Program-made: the position numbers and the translations under genes
The notes under the pieces: generated by a model
Seen by the model: the letters and a program-made list of their open reading frames with translations, nothing else
Databases searched by the model: none
What the model was told of the DNA's origin: nothing
Origin: an uncultured Eubacteriales bacterium
Lineage (GTDB): Bacteria; Bacillota; Clostridia; Oscillospirales; CAG-272
DNA: 64,000 bases
Assembly: GCA_905210485.1 (NCBI GenBank)
Contig: CAJLXA010000002.1
Coordinates: 4,168 to 68,167 of the forward strand
Direction of reading: 5' to 3'
In this document: in pieces, positions 1 through 9,872 of the stretch
Numbering within the stretch: the first letter of the stretch is position 1
Layout of the letters: each line of letters starts with the position of its first letter

Positions 1-819
1 GGCCTTGACCATATCCAGAACGCTGTAACCGATGCCGGTTCCGAGGTTGAAGACCGAAACGCCGGGCGCTTCGTAACGGATGGCGGCAACATGGCCTTTG
101 GCAAGGTCAACAACGTGAATATAGTCGCGGACGCCGGTTCCGTCGGGCGTGGGATAATCGTTTCCGAAGACCGAAAGTTGCTTCAGCTTGCCGCACGCAA
201 CCTGCGTGATATAAGGCATCAGGTTGTTCGGAATACCGTTCGGCATTTCACCGATAAGGCCGCTCTTATGGGCGCCGACAGGGTTGAAATAGCGTAACAG
301 CACCACCGAGAAGTCGGGGTTTGCATGGCAATACCCTTTCAGGATCTGCTCGATCATGTATTTTGTCCATCCGTAAGGATTGGAGCAGTCGCCGGTATGC
401 ATATCCTCGGTAATGGGGCAATGGTCTGGATTGCCGTAAACCGTTGCGGAAGAGGAAAACACGAGTTTTTTCACACCGAATTCGCGCATAACCTCAATCA
501 GCGTCAGCGTCGAATCAATATTGTTGCGATAATAGCGAAGCGGCTCCTTCACCGATTCGCCGACGGCTTTCAGACCCGCAAAGTGGATCACAGCGTCGAT
601 CTTGTTTTCACGGAATACAGGAATAAGCGCCTCCCGGTCGCATACGTCGGCACGGTAAGCCTTTACTTTTTTACCCGTGATCTGTGCCACACGGTCAAGG
701 GATTTTTCCGAACTGTTGGCGTAATTATCCACCGTCACCACGTCATAGCCGGCGTTCAGAAGTTCGACAGCGGTATGCGAGCCGATATAGCCGGCGCCGC
801 CCGTAAGAAGAATCTGCAT
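1..819 (-). CDS. galE: UDP-glucose 4-epimerase; C-terminal part lies outside the window
   Basis: Reverse translation from the ATG at 817-819 reads [33 protein letters not shown], a GalE-type Rossmann N-terminus. The ORF runs off the window edge, so it is absent from the ORF track. Confidence 0.85.
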   Translation of the reverse strand, partial: MQILLTGGAGYIGSHTAVELLNAGYDVVTVDNYANSSEKSLDRVAQITGKKVKAYRADVCDREALIPVFRENKIDAVIHFAGLKAVGESVKEPLRYYRNNIDSTLTLIEVMREFGVKKLVFSSSATVYGNPDHCPITEDMHTGDCSNPYGWTKYMIEQILKGYCHANPDFSVVLLRYFNPVGAHKSGLIGEMPNGIPNNLMPYITQVACGKLKQLSVFGNDYPTPDGTGVRDYIHVVDLAKGHVAAIRYEAPGVSVFNLGTGIGYSVLDMVKA

Positions 820-1159
820 TTTGTTTCCTCCGATTTCGTTTGATCTTTCATCTGCTATTATATTTTAAAGGAAAAGATTTGTCAATTGCTTTTTTTGCCG
901 TAAACCAAGATTTTTTGAATATTTTTTTGTACAGCCTGCTTTTTATCCCCTTTTCATTCTTTTTCCGTACTGCCTTTATACCGGATAATGAGTGCAAAAC
1001 AAATCTCCGAAAAAACGAAATCAACCGATTTTTCCTTACAAGATAGCCTCTTCGGCAACATATCTTGTCATATATTGAGGCATATTGCACATTTTTTAAA
1101 GTCTGTTATCCGTGTTTTGTGTTTAATCATACAAAAAACAAAAAATTTCAATTTAGTAC

Positions 1160-1188
1160 TTTACAACTTTAGCGCGATGAAGTATAAT
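1160..1188 (+). promoter_or_regulatory. sigma-A type promoter of the amino-acid ABC operon
   Basis: TTTACA (1160-1165), 17-nt spacer, TATAAT (1183-1188), about 50 nt upstream of the ATG at 1241. Confidence 0.6.
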
Positions 1189-1240
1189 AGTATCATCAAA
1201 CAGCGGCTACCTGCCGCATATCAACGAAGGAGACAACACC

Positions 1241-2059
1241 ATGAAAAAAGTATTATCGTTCATTCTCGTTATGGCAACCTGCCTTACCGTTCTTCTGTCC
1301 CTCGCCTCCTGCGGCAACAAGTTTTCCAATCTGCAGATCATTGACATCGGCCAGGAAGAAGAATATTACGGCATTGCGTTCCGCAAAGGTTCCGACATGA
1401 CCCGCAAAGTCGAAGACATCACAAAGCAATTGCTCGCCGACGGTACCCTGAAAGCAATCGGTCAGAAATACGGCACGGCGCCGGTTGACGCCGACGCGTA
1501 CATTCCCGCCGCCGAGACAAATGCTGACTCCGGCGACTGGGCATACATTCAGGGAAAAGGCAAACTGGTAATCGGTATCACCGACTTCAAACCCATGGAT
1601 TACAAAGACGATAACGGCAAATGGATCGGTTTTGATGCCGAATACGCCGAAAAAGTCTGCGAAAAACTGGGCGTCACCGCCGAATTCAAAGCCATCGTAT
1701 GGGAACAGAAAGAAGTGCTTCTCGAATCCAAGCAGATCGACTGCGTATGGAACGGCATGACCATCACCGACGCTATGAAAAATGCCGCAAGCTGCACCGT
1801 TCCCTATATGCAGAACAAACAGGTCGCCGTCGTGCTGAAGAGCAAAGCCGATACCTATAACAGTCTCGACGCCATGGCTTCCGCCCGCATTACCGCCGAA
1901 GACGGTTCCGCCGGTGCCGGCGTTGCACAGGACAGCCTGAAAAACGCACAGTTCAAAGCGGTGGAAGCACAGACGGACGCACTCCTCGCCGTTCTCGGCG
2001 GTCAGGCAGACGTAGCCATCATCGACTACATCATGGCCAAGGCTCTTATTTCAAAATAA
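1241..2059 (+). CDS. polar amino-acid ABC transporter substrate-binding lipoprotein
   Basis: Signal peptide with lipobox LASCGN. Sequence is family-3 SBP-like. It is followed by permease and ATPase genes. Confidence 0.85.
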   Translation: MKKVLSFILVMATCLTVLLSLASCGNKFSNLQIIDIGQEEEYYGIAFRKGSDMTRKVEDITKQLLADGTLKAIGQKYGTAPVDADAYIPAAETNADSGDWAYIQGKGKLVIGITDFKPMDYKDDNGKWIGFDAEYAEKVCEKLGVTAEFKAIVWEQKEVLLESKQIDCVWNGMTITDAMKNAASCTVPYMQNKQVAVVLKSKADTYNSLDAMASARITAEDGSAGAGVAQDSLKNAQFKAVEAQTDALLAVLGGQADVAIIDYIMAKALISK

Positions 2060-2119
2060 GGATATTTGTAAATAAAGCATTACATATCAAGCGTATCTTT
2101 TCTCTTCTCGCCTGATACG

Positions 2120-2158
2120 ATCCGCCTCGCGGTGTACGAAAATACGTCGCGGGCGGAT
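2120..2158 (+). other. intercistronic stem-loop between the binding-protein and permease genes
   Basis: ATCCGCCTCGCG...CGCGGGCGGAT forms a near-perfect GC-rich inverted repeat with no clear U-tract. This is typical of partial attenuation or mRNA stabilisation after SBP genes. Confidence 0.45.
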
Positions 2159-2233
2159 TTCGGCGTTCATTCCGGATATTATGAAGACGTGAAAAACGGC
2201 GCGCATACGCCGCTTTCACAATAAAGAGGATTT

Positions 2234-2884
2234 ATGAACACTTTCTTTTCGGTCAACCTGCAGCTTCTGCAAGGTTTTTTAGCGACAATACAGATATTTG
2301 TCATCACGCTTCTCATCGCGCTTCCGGCAGGGCTCATCATCGCATTCGGCTCCATGTCGCATTTTTATCCGTTGCGAAAAGCGGTGCGTATGCTCGTCTG
2401 GGTGGTACGCGGTACGCCGCTTATGTTGCAACTGATCATCATGTATAACGGCCCCGGACTCCTTTTCGGAACGCCGATCTTCAATGCGTATACGGCCACC
2501 TATATCACCTTCGGCCTGAATTACGCGTGCTATTTTTCGGAAATATACCGCGGAGGTATCGAATCCATCGCGCAGGGACAATATGAAGCGGGGCAGGTGC
2601 TCGGTATGACGCGCCGCGAAACGTTTTTCCACGTCATTCTCCTGCAGGTGGTGAAGCGCATTGTTCCGCCGATGTCGAATGAAATCATAACGCTTGTGAA
2701 GGACACTTCTCTTGCCCGCATCGTCACCTATTACGAACTGATCTACATTGCGCAAAGCATGATCCGCGGAAAAGGTCTGTTGTGGCCGCTCTTCTATTCG
2801 GGCGTGTTTTATCTTGTATTCACCGCGCTTCTCACCTTTATTTTCGGTAAGATCGAAAAGAAACTTTCTTATTTCAAGGCGTAA
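2234..2884 (+). CDS. amino-acid ABC transporter permease
   Basis: 216-aa multi-pass membrane protein of the HisM/GlnP type, placed inside the ABC operon. Confidence 0.85.
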   Translation: MNTFFSVNLQLLQGFLATIQIFVITLLIALPAGLIIAFGSMSHFYPLRKAVRMLVWVVRGTPLMLQLIIMYNGPGLLFGTPIFNAYTATYITFGLNYACYFSEIYRGGIESIAQGQYEAGQVLGMTRRETFFHVILLQVVKRIVPPMSNEIITLVKDTSLARIVTYYELIYIAQSMIRGKGLLWPLFYSGVFYLVFTALLTFIFGKIEKKLSYFKA

Positions 2885-2898
2885 AGGAGATTTTGTCT

Positions 2899-3693
2899 AT
2901 GACTTCCGATAACACCATGCTGGAAGTGGTCGATCTTTATAAAAGTTTCGGCAATACCTCTGTTCTCAACGGCGTCAGTTTTTCTTTGAAAAAAGGCGAG
3001 GTGCTCTCCGTCATCGGCAGTTCCGGCGGCGGAAAAACGACCTTGCTCCGTTGTCTCAACTTTCTCGAAAAAGCAGACAGCGGTATGATCCGCGTGGCGG
3101 GAGAGACCGTTTTCCATGCGACCGCGGGAGAAAAAGCCGAAGTATCCGACGACGCGCAGTCCTCTTTCGGCCTCGTGTTCCAGCAATTCAATCTTTTTCC
3201 GCAATATAATGTGATCGAAAACCTGATGCTTGCTCCGAAACTTCGTGCCAAACGCGAAAAAACTTATACGCCCGAACTGGCCGAAGAAATCCGAAGTCGG
3301 GCGACCGAACTGCTTGCGACCGTCGGTCTGTCCGAAAAAGAAAATGCCTATCCGTGCGAACTGTCCGGCGGTCAGCAACAGCGCGTCGCCATTGCGCGCG
3401 CGCTCATGCTCTCCCCCGAAATCCTTTGTTTTGACGAACCGACGTCGGCTCTCGATCCCGAACTGACCGGCGAAGTCCTGAAAGCCATCCGCGCGTTGAG
3501 AAGCAGTGACCGCACGATGATCATTGTGACGCACGAAATGGAATTTGCCCGCAATGTATCCGACAAAGTCATCTTCATGGCCGACGGTCTGATCGAAGAA
3601 ATGGGCACGCCGGAAGAGGTTTTTGACCATCCGCTCTCGGGAAAAACAAAAGCCTTTCTCGGACGGTCGCACGACGCCGCCAGCGGTCTTTGA
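2899..3693 (+). CDS. amino-acid ABC transporter ATP-binding protein
   Basis: Walker A GSSGGGKTT, signature LSGGQQQRVAIARAL, Walker B ILCFDEPTSALD. The ATG at 2899 sits ~9 nt after AAAGGAGA. The ORF track starts at the TTG at 2893. Confidence 0.9.
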   Translation: MTSDNTMLEVVDLYKSFGNTSVLNGVSFSLKKGEVLSVIGSSGGGKTTLLRCLNFLEKADSGMIRVAGETVFHATAGEKAEVSDDAQSSFGLVFQQFNLFPQYNVIENLMLAPKLRAKREKTYTPELAEEIRSRATELLATVGLSEKENAYPCELSGGQQQRVAIARALMLSPEILCFDEPTSALDPELTGEVLKAIRALRSSDRTMIIVTHEMEFARNVSDKVIFMADGLIEEMGTPEEVFDHPLSGKTKAFLGRSHDAASGL

Positions 3694-3727
3694 CGAAGTT
3701 TCCGGTTTCTCCGTATTTTCAATATTG

Positions 3728-3765
3728 AAAGCGATATGTAAACACCTCTTTACATATCGCTTTTT
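3728..3765 (+). terminator. intrinsic terminator of the ABC operon
   Basis: 15-bp perfect stem AAAGCGATATGTAAA / TTTACATATCGCTTT with a 6-nt loop, followed by a T-run. Confidence 0.8.
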
Positions 3766-3823
3766 CCATGTATATTCCGCGACCATATCCGAAAGAATAA
3801 AAACAAAAACGAGGTAACGGAAT

Positions 3824-5296
3824 ATGGAGCATAAATCGCTGTGGCAGATGACCGTTAAGGCGCCGGCCTATCCGGTACTTGACGGCGAAATCACCGCCGA
3901 CGTCACCGTTATAGGCGGCGGAATTGCCGGTATACTTACCGCAAAACTTTTGACCGAGGCGGGGTTCTCCGTCGTTGTACTGGAACGTGACCGTATCGGC
4001 GGCGGCGCAACGGGTAACAGCACTGCGAAGATCACATCGCAACACGGCATGAAATACCGCACATTATTAAAAGACCTCGGCGAAGAAGGCGTGAAATTGT
4101 ACGCCTCCGCCGAAGAAGAGGCAATCACCGCCTACCGCGAGATGGTCGAACGGTATCATATCGACTGCGATCTTGTAACGCGCCCCTCCTGCCTTTATAC
4201 CTGCTGTGATCCGGAATCCATTCTGGAAGAATGTCACGCGGCGCGTATCGGCGGCATCGACGCCGTAACGGTCGACGAAACGCCGCTCCCCTTTCCTATA
4301 CGGAAAGCCGTGGTATTCCCCGATCAGGCGGCCTTTCATCCGTTACGGTTTCTGTACGGTATTGCCGATTCTCTCCGCATTTTTGAAAACACGGCGGTCA
4401 CCGACATTGAGGACGGTACGGTCCATACCCGCCGCGGCCGCGTCAAAAGCCGATATACCGTTTTTGCCTGCCACTTCCCCTTTCGTAATTTCCCCGGTCT
4501 TTATTTCACAAAGATGCATCAATCGCGTTCGTATCTTCTGGCACTGAAAGGCGTAAAACCGATTCCCGGGCTGTTTTATTCCGCAGATGCCGACGGATAT
4601 ACATTCCGCGATTACGGAGAACTGCAAATATTCGGCGGCGGCGCACACAGAACGGGCGAACCGTATCCGGGCGGTGCCTACGATATGCTGACGCGCACCG
4701 CAAAGCGGCTCTTCCCCGATGCCAAAATCGCTGCCATGTGGTCGGCGCAGGACAATATCACGGCCGACGGTTTACCCTATATCGGTTATTTTTCGCATCT
4801 CGGCGAACACAGTTTTGTCATCACCGGCTTTGCAAAGTGGGGTTTTTCCACCGCCTATACGGCGGCGCGCCTTATCACCGATAAAATCAGCGGAAAAGAA
4901 AATCCGTGCGACGATCTTTTTTCACCGCGGCGCGCCTCTGCCAAAAGTCTCGGCAACCGTTTGGCCGATGCCGGCGTGTCCATAAAGAATCTGACAAAAG
5001 AAATCGCCTCCTCTCCCAAAAGAACCGAAAGCGACCTTGCCTGCGGCGAGGGCGACGTTGTCCGTTATCATGGACGAAAATGCGGCGTGTATAAAGATGA
5101 AAACGGAAAGCTGTATGCCGTTTCCTCCCGCTGTCCGCACCTCGGTTGCGAACTTGTTTTCAACCCAGACGAAAAGAGTTGGGACTGCCCGTGTCACGGT
5201 TCGCGTTTTTCCTATACGGGGGAGCGCCTGTGCGGCCCTGCGGAAACCGACCTGCCGCTCCTGACGCAGGAAACCGAAGCCGGTAACCCTTTATAA
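3824..5296 (+). CDS. FAD-dependent oxidoreductase with C-terminal Rieske 2Fe-2S domain (YhfW-like)
   Basis: N-terminal dinucleotide fold VTVIGGGIAGIL. C-terminal Rieske motifs CPHLGC and CPCHGS. Confidence 0.8.
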   Translation: MEHKSLWQMTVKAPAYPVLDGEITADVTVIGGGIAGILTAKLLTEAGFSVVVLERDRIGGGATGNSTAKITSQHGMKYRTLLKDLGEEGVKLYASAEEEAITAYREMVERYHIDCDLVTRPSCLYTCCDPESILEECHAARIGGIDAVTVDETPLPFPIRKAVVFPDQAAFHPLRFLYGIADSLRIFENTAVTDIEDGTVHTRRGRVKSRYTVFACHFPFRNFPGLYFTKMHQSRSYLLALKGVKPIPGLFYSADADGYTFRDYGELQIFGGGAHRTGEPYPGGAYDMLTRTAKRLFPDAKIAAMWSAQDNITADGLPYIGYFSHLGEHSFVITGFAKWGFSTAYTAARLITDKISGKENPCDDLFSPRRASAKSLGNRLADAGVSIKNLTKEIASSPKRTESDLACGEGDVVRYHGRKCGVYKDENGKLYAVSSRCPHLGCELVFNPDEKSWDCPCHGSRFSYTGERLCGPAETDLPLLTQETEAGNPL

Positions 5297-5514
5297 CCGT
5301 GCAAAACAACCGGGGAAAACGGACATAGCGAAGAATCATCTGCATGCGCGCACGCACGAAATGTATAGGTAACCGCTAAACGAACCTATGCTGTCAAAGT
5401 TCGACTACCGCCCGTTTTACGGTCCTCTTTCGCCTATCGTCCCGCTTATCGCCTTTCGTCCCGCGTACCGTCATGCGGATATGCGCGTCTTCGCGCGCCT
5501 TCTCTCCATTTGTT

Positions 5515-5554
5515 AAAAAAGAAAATGCAAACAAAAGTTTGCATTTTCTTTTTT
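5515..5554. terminator. bidirectional intrinsic terminator (Rieske gene / trxB)
   Basis: 18-bp perfect stem AAAAAAGAAAATGCAAAC / GTTTGCATTTTCTTTTTT with loop AAAA. A/T tracts lie on both sides. It sits between convergent genes. Confidence 0.85.
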
Positions 5555-6467
5555 AATTGTGCTCGCAGATATCCACAGCCGCAATCGTGCCGTCGGACAC
5601 AGCGGTCGTCAATTGGCGTACGCGCTTTTTCCGACAATCCCCGGCGGCATATATCCCCGGCAGGACGCATCCGTCTTTTCCCAGCACGCGCATGTTTTCA
5701 TCGGTTACAAGGAAGCCGTTTTCACATAGTGCAAAGGGATCGTATAAAGCCGTATCCGGCACGCGGCCGATAGCGCCGAATACAGCGGATACGGCAAGGG
5801 TTTCCTCTTCTCCGCTCACTGTATGACGGAGGCAAAGGGCGGACAGCTTTCCGTTATCGGTTTTTGCTTCTACAGGGATCCTGTCATATAAAACCGTGAT
5901 ATTGCCGGCGGCAAGAACACGCCGCACGTTTTCTTCCTCGCCACGAAACGTATCGCGCCGATGCACAAGATATACGTGATCTGTAACGCCGGAAAGATAC
6001 AGTGCCTCCGTGAGCGCGGTATTACCGCCGCCGACCACCGCCACTTTACGGCCGCGGTAAAAACGGCCGTCGCAAAGCGCACAATAGGAAACGCCGTTCC
6101 CGCGCAACGCCTGCTCATTCGGGAACGGTAAACGGCGCGGCTCACTTCCCGTGGCCAACAATACCGCCGCCGATAAATACTCATGTTTCGCCGTTTTTAC
6201 ACTGCACGGCGCCCCTGGGGTCACCGACGTAACATTTTCCGCCTTTATTTCGGCACCGCTGTCCTTGGCCTGCTTCACCAGAAAACGGATAAATTCGGCG
6301 CCGCTTATCCCCGGCGCGGCCGGATAATTCTCAATCGTCGGTGCGTCAAGGATCTGACCGCCCCCGCCGGCTTTATCGAGCACCAAAACGCGCTTTCCCG
6401 CGCGCGCGGCGTAGAGCGCCGCTGTCAGTCCCGCCGCGCCGCCGCCGATAATCACCATATCCCACAT
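5553..6467 (-). CDS. trxB: thioredoxin-disulfide reductase, NADPH type
   Basis: GGGAAGLTAALYAARAG FAD motif, CALCDG redox centre, GGGNTA plus HRRDTFRG NADPH motif. Confidence 0.9.
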   Translation of the reverse strand: MWDMVIIGGGAAGLTAALYAARAGKRVLVLDKAGGGGQILDAPTIENYPAAPGISGAEFIRFLVKQAKDSGAEIKAENVTSVTPGAPCSVKTAKHEYLSAAVLLATGSEPRRLPFPNEQALRGNGVSYCALCDGRFYRGRKVAVVGGGNTALTEALYLSGVTDHVYLVHRRDTFRGEEENVRRVLAAGNITVLYDRIPVEAKTDNGKLSALCLRHTVSGEEETLAVSAVFGAIGRVPDTALYDPFALCENGFLVTDENMRVLGKDGCVLPGIYAAGDCRKKRVRQLTTAVSDGTIAAVDICEHN

Positions 6468-6490
6468 ATTCTCCGCCCGCTTTCTTCTTT

Positions 6491-6913
6491 TTATTTATTA
6501 TGCCCGGATATACGTCGTTTCACGCGATGAAAAAAGTGCCGCACAGGATAATCCCATACGCGAATACGGGCATACAAACGGTATCGCCATGACGAAAGTT
6601 TTTTCACACGTCCGTTTCTCGTATAAGAGGTCATTACGCCGAGGATCCTGTCGTCCGGAATCGGGGATTCGGTGTAATAGCAATTATCCCCGCGCATAAC
6701 GTAGCCTGCGGCGGTAATACGAATAACGCGATGAAGCAGGAACTTCTCCTGCGCCGCGTCGTAGTAAAAGACGACATCGTATTTTCGCGGCGGACGTGTC
6801 GGCGCGGTCACCGTAACGGCGTCCTGCTTCTCCCGCAAAAGAGGAAGCATGCTCGTGCCCGCAATACGGCCGCTGTAAACAATCCGCCGTCCGTCCATAC
6901 TTTTTTCGTCCAC
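6491..6913 (-). CDS. S24/S26-family (SipW/LexA-like) serine peptidase domain protein
   Basis: GTSMLPLL Ser motif and LHRVI (His in place of Lys, ER/SipW-like). No obvious N-terminal TM segment. GTG start. Only 23 nt upstream of trxB, so probably co-transcribed. Confidence 0.55.
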   Translation of the reverse strand: MDEKSMDGRRIVYSGRIAGTSMLPLLREKQDAVTVTAPTRPPRKYDVVFYYDAAQEKFLLHRVIRITAAGYVMRGDNCYYTESPIPDDRILGVMTSYTRNGRVKKLSSWRYRLYARIRVWDYPVRHFFHRVKRRISGHNK

Positions 6914-6941
6914 ATTGCCACCCCATTCCGTCTTTTTTTAC

Positions 6942-6970
6942 ATCTTACCACGAAACCCGCGCGGTGTCAA
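6942..6970 (-). promoter_or_regulatory. sigma-A type promoter for the peptidase-trxB unit
   Basis: On the minus strand: TTGACA (6965-6970), 17 nt, TAAGAT (6942-6947). Confidence 0.55.
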
Positions 6971-6993
6971 GTTCATCGAATTGTTTTTTACTT

Positions 6994-7034
6994 AAAAGAA
7001 AGAACCGCATGCACGCATGACGGTTCTTTCTTTT
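6994..7034 (-). terminator. intrinsic terminator after cotJC
   Basis: 14-bp perfect stem AAAAGAAAGAACCG / CGGTTCTTTCTTTT, 30 nt downstream of the cotJC stop. Confidence 0.8.
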
Positions 7035-7064
7035 GTATTTATCAGTAAAAATGTACTGTAAACA

Positions 7065-7667
7065 TTACATTTTGCTGTCAAAGCTCGGATTGAAAGCGTA
7101 GAAATTCTTTTTATCCAGACGATCGGTGGCAATGCGCAGGGCATCGCCGAAACGCTGGTAATGTACGATCTCACGCTCACGAAGAAACCGAAGTACATCG
7201 CGCACATCGGGATCGTCAATCAAGCGCAGCAGATTGTCATAAGTAACGCGCGCCTTTTGTTCGGCGGCAAGATCTTCGTTCAGATCTGCAAGAACATCGC
7301 CCTTCACGCCGATTGCCGACGCGGTAAACGGCGTTCCCGCCGCGGCGCATGGATAAACGCCCACCGTATGATCCACAAAATATTTGTCAAAGCCGCCGGC
7401 TGTGATCTCCTCGGGCGTCAGATGACGCGTAAGCTGATAAATGATGGAAGAGATCATCTCCACATGTGCCAGTTCTTCCGTACCGACATCCGTCAGTATA
7501 CCGACTACCTCATTATAAGGCATAGAGAAACGCTGGGAAAGATAACGCGTCGAAGCGGCGAGTTCGCCGTCCGGACCGCCCATCTGGCTGATGATGAGCG
7601 AAGCGGCGCGTGCGTCGGGGTTTTTGATTTTAATGGGGTATTGCAGTTTTCTTTCGTAAATCCACAT
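7065..7667 (-). CDS. cotJC: spore coat protein CotJC (manganese-catalase family)
   Basis: MWIYERKLQYPIKIKNPDARAASLIISQMGGPDGELAASTRYLSQRF is a hallmark CotJC N-terminus. Confidence 0.9.
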   Translation of the reverse strand: MWIYERKLQYPIKIKNPDARAASLIISQMGGPDGELAASTRYLSQRFSMPYNEVVGILTDVGTEELAHVEMISSIIYQLTRHLTPEEITAGGFDKYFVDHTVGVYPCAAAGTPFTASAIGVKGDVLADLNEDLAAEQKARVTYDNLLRLIDDPDVRDVLRFLREREIVHYQRFGDALRIATDRLDKKNFYAFNPSFDSKM

Positions 7668-7670
7668 GTG

Positions 7671-7925
7671 TCAGTTCTCCTCCGTCTGCCAGGGCCACGG
7701 CATTTTTGCCCAGCGGAAATCCTCGTCATAACCGTCGCCGCCTGCCGTCAGGGGGCCGTATTCTTCTTCATATGCTTCGGTGGCACGTTCCAGTTCGTCA
7801 TTGATTTTACGGAAATATGCCAATGCCTCACGGTTATCGGGGTAAGCGTCAAGGTACAGATTGGTTTCCACCGCCGCAAACGACAGTTCCGAAATCTTTT
7901 TCATCAGTTTTTCTCTTTCACTCAT
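7671..7925 (-). CDS. cotJB: spore coat protein CotJB
   Basis: 84-aa product MSEREKLMKKISELSFAAVETNLYLDAYPDNREALAYF. The ORF-track entry 7671-8075 is over-extended. The ATG at 7923-7925 overlaps the cotJA end by 8 nt. Confidence 0.85.
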   Translation of the reverse strand: MSEREKLMKKISELSFAAVETNLYLDAYPDNREALAYFRKINDELERATEAYEEEYGPLTAGGDGYDEDFRWAKMPWPWQTEEN

Positions 7926-8304
7926 GGCACTCACCTCCTGCCGCCATAAACGGCAAATCCAGCTCTTTGAAGAGCGTACCGCGTGAAAGACCCTCTTCGG
8001 GGCTGTACATTTTGCGGAAATACTGCCGCGGCACATAAGCCATTGCAAGCGGGAAATCCGCCATAGGATCCACATTGTCGGGATCGCAGGGTGTTTTTTC
8101 TATATACTGTTCCGCGCGTTCACGACGCGGCGTTTCGGGCATCATCGGCGCTTGCGGTACTTCCGGTACCTCCGGCATTTCCGTACGCGCAGCAACACGG
8201 TTATTATCGGCATTATCCGTAATTCTTTCCGGACTCATGTCCTCTGCCGTTCCCTCGTTCCGTTGTCTGCCGCGCAAGCTGTGATAATAATGATATTGAT
8301 TCAT
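7918..8304 (-). CDS. cotJA: spore coat-associated protein CotJA with an extended N-terminus
   Basis: C-terminal AMAYVPRQYFRKMYSPEEGLSRGTLFKELDLPF CotJA motif. AAGGAG lies 6 nt before the ATG at 8304. Confidence 0.8.
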   Translation of the reverse strand: MNQYHYYHSLRGRQRNEGTAEDMSPERITDNADNNRVAARTEMPEVPEVPQAPMMPETPRRERAEQYIEKTPCDPDNVDPMADFPLAMAYVPRQYFRKMYSPEEGLSRGTLFKELDLPFMAAGGECHE

Positions 8305-8377
8305 CGGGTACTCCTTTTACAGCAGCCGCTGCGATAGCAGTATATGTCGCGGCAGGAAATAGTGACATATTTCCCGT

Positions 8378-8407
8378 AAAAAAACGGCCGTCCTTTCGGA
8401 CGACCGT
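8378..8407 (-). terminator. intrinsic terminator of the TetR/ABC-2 operon
   Basis: On the minus strand: ACGGTCGTCC-GAAA-GGACGGCCGT followed by T7. Confidence 0.8.
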
Positions 8408-8415
8408 CTTTGCTG

Positions 8416-9147
8416 TCACATTCTTTTTCTTTTATGCATGAAGACCATAACAGCGGCAATCAGTATCGCAACGGCATACGCCGAAACAATCAAAACATCC
8501 TTGCCGACACCGTCATATGTACCGGCGTACAGTGCGCGTTCAAGGTTTACCGCATGTACAAACGGCAGACAATCGGCAATCCTGGTAAAAACATCGCCGA
8601 GAAGAGACATGTCGATCCATATGCCGGAAAGCCACGCCGTCAGATTCGTCATCAATGCACCGCATACGCCACCGACCTGTTTTTCATTCATAAACGAACC
8701 AAAGAACAGTCCAAGCGCGATATAGAATACCGACATCGGCAGAATCCCCGGAACAGCGGCCAACAGATTCACAGTTACAGGCAAGCCGAGGCAAAGCGCG
8801 ACGGCATATGTCACAGCGCATTGCAGAAGCGCAATCGGCAGGAGCGGCAACGTATAACCGAGAATATAGTCTATATCCCTCATCGGCGTCGTATAAAGGC
8901 GCATGAGAAAGGCGCCGGAGCGGTCTTTTGAAACCAACATGCCCGAGAATATCGTCATGAAAGACAATCCGAACACCGTCATACCGGGAGCAAGACTTTT
9001 AATTTCAAAGATCGCAACGGGAAGATTGCGTTGCATGACAGACATCAGAATCAAAAGAATGAGCGGAAAGCCAAGGCCGAACGCCGGCGTCATCGGATCA
9101 CGCAGGACTTCTTTTGCCGTTCTCATCGAAAAAGCGTATGTTCTCAT
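8416..9147 (-). CDS. ABC-2 type exporter permease
   Basis: Six-TM ABC-2 membrane protein. Start MRTYAFSMRTAKEVL at 9145-9147 overlaps the ATPase stop (TGATG). The ORF-track start at 9354 is an upstream over-extension. Confidence 0.8.
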   Translation of the reverse strand: MRTYAFSMRTAKEVLRDPMTPAFGLGFPLILLILMSVMQRNLPVAIFEIKSLAPGMTVFGLSFMTIFSGMLVSKDRSGAFLMRLYTTPMRDIDYILGYTLPLLPIALLQCAVTYAVALCLGLPVTVNLLAAVPGILPMSVFYIALGLFFGSFMNEKQVGGVCGALMTNLTAWLSGIWIDMSLLGDVFTRIADCLPFVHAVNLERALYAGTYDGVGKDVLIVSAYAVAILIAAVMVFMHKRKRM

Positions 9148-9872
9148 CACTTTGTCTCCTTTACCAATGCAACGAATGCTTTCTCCAGCGAATCCGTTCC
9201 CGTGCGCCGGCATATATCCGCCGTTGTACCGATATACAGAAGTTTCCCGTCCTTCATCACGCCTATACGATCCGAAAGCGCCTCCGCCTCTTCCATATAA
9301 TGCGTGGTCAGTATGATCGTCATTCTGCTTTTCAGTTCCTGTATCACGTCCCATAGTTCCTGTCGCGCGATCACGTCAAGGCCGAGCGTCGGCTCGTCAA
9401 GAAACAAAACGCGCGGTTCGGATATCAGAGCCATAGCGATACTGAGACGGCGTTGATAGCCGCCGGATAACTTCTTGGCGGCGGTATTTGCTTTGTTTGT
9501 AAGAGCAAAGGCCTCCATCAGCGATACGGCTTTTTGTACGGCATCACGGCGTGAAAAACCGAAAATTTCGGCAATCATCTGCAAATTTTCACGAACGGTC
9601 AGGTTCGGTGCATAGGCGCTTTCCTGCGGGGACACCGCAATGATCTTTTTGACCTCGTTTTCCGTATTCTTCACGCTGTTTCCGAAAATAAATGCGTCGC
9701 CGCTCGTCGGCCGTGTAAGACAGGAAAGCATTTTTATGGTCGTGGTTTTTCCCGCGCCGTTAACGCCGAGAAGAGAAAAGAGTTCTCCCTCCTGCACCGA
9801 CAGCGTAAGCGAATCCACCGCGGTCAGTTCTTTATACTTCTTTGTCAGGTTCTCGGTTCGGATTGCTTCCAT
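9147..9872 (-). CDS. ABC-2 exporter ATP-binding protein
   Basis: Walker A GVNGAGKTT, signature LSGGYQRRLSIA, Walker B LFLDEPTLGLD. ATG start (MEAIRTENL) chosen over the upstream TTG. Confidence 0.85.
   Translation of the reverse strand: MEAIRTENLTKKYKELTAVDSLTLSVQEGELFSLLGVNGAGKTTTIKMLSCLTRPTSGDAFIFGNSVKNTENEVKKIIAVSPQESAYAPNLTVRENLQMIAEIFGFSRRDAVQKAVSLMEAFALTNKANTAAKKLSGGYQRRLSIAMALISEPRVLFLDEPTLGLDVIARQELWDVIQELKSRMTIILTTHYMEEAEALSDRIGVMKDGKLLYIGTTADICRRTGTDSLEKAFVALVKETK

Noticed and set aside
1047-1077. A hairpin ACAAGATA...TATCTTGT in the galE / ABC-operon intergenic region.
   Set aside because: It has no U-tract, lies upstream of both divergent promoters, and is isolated. No function can be argued for it.
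5429-5464. An imperfect tandem repeat, TTCGCCTATCGTCCCGC / ATCGCCTTTCGTCCCGC, downstream of the Rieske gene.
   Set aside because: There are only two short copies (15 of 17 identical) in a 3' untranslated region, with no associated structure or gene. This is not distinguishable from chance or slippage.
8305-8377. A possible mother-cell sigma (sigE/sigK) promoter for cotJABC. On the minus strand, CATATACT at 8339-8346 resembles CATACA-T / CATA---TA -10 boxes.
   Set aside because: Spacing to any ATATT-like or AC -35 element does not fit the B. subtilis consensus distances as I recall them. It is too speculative to list as a feature.
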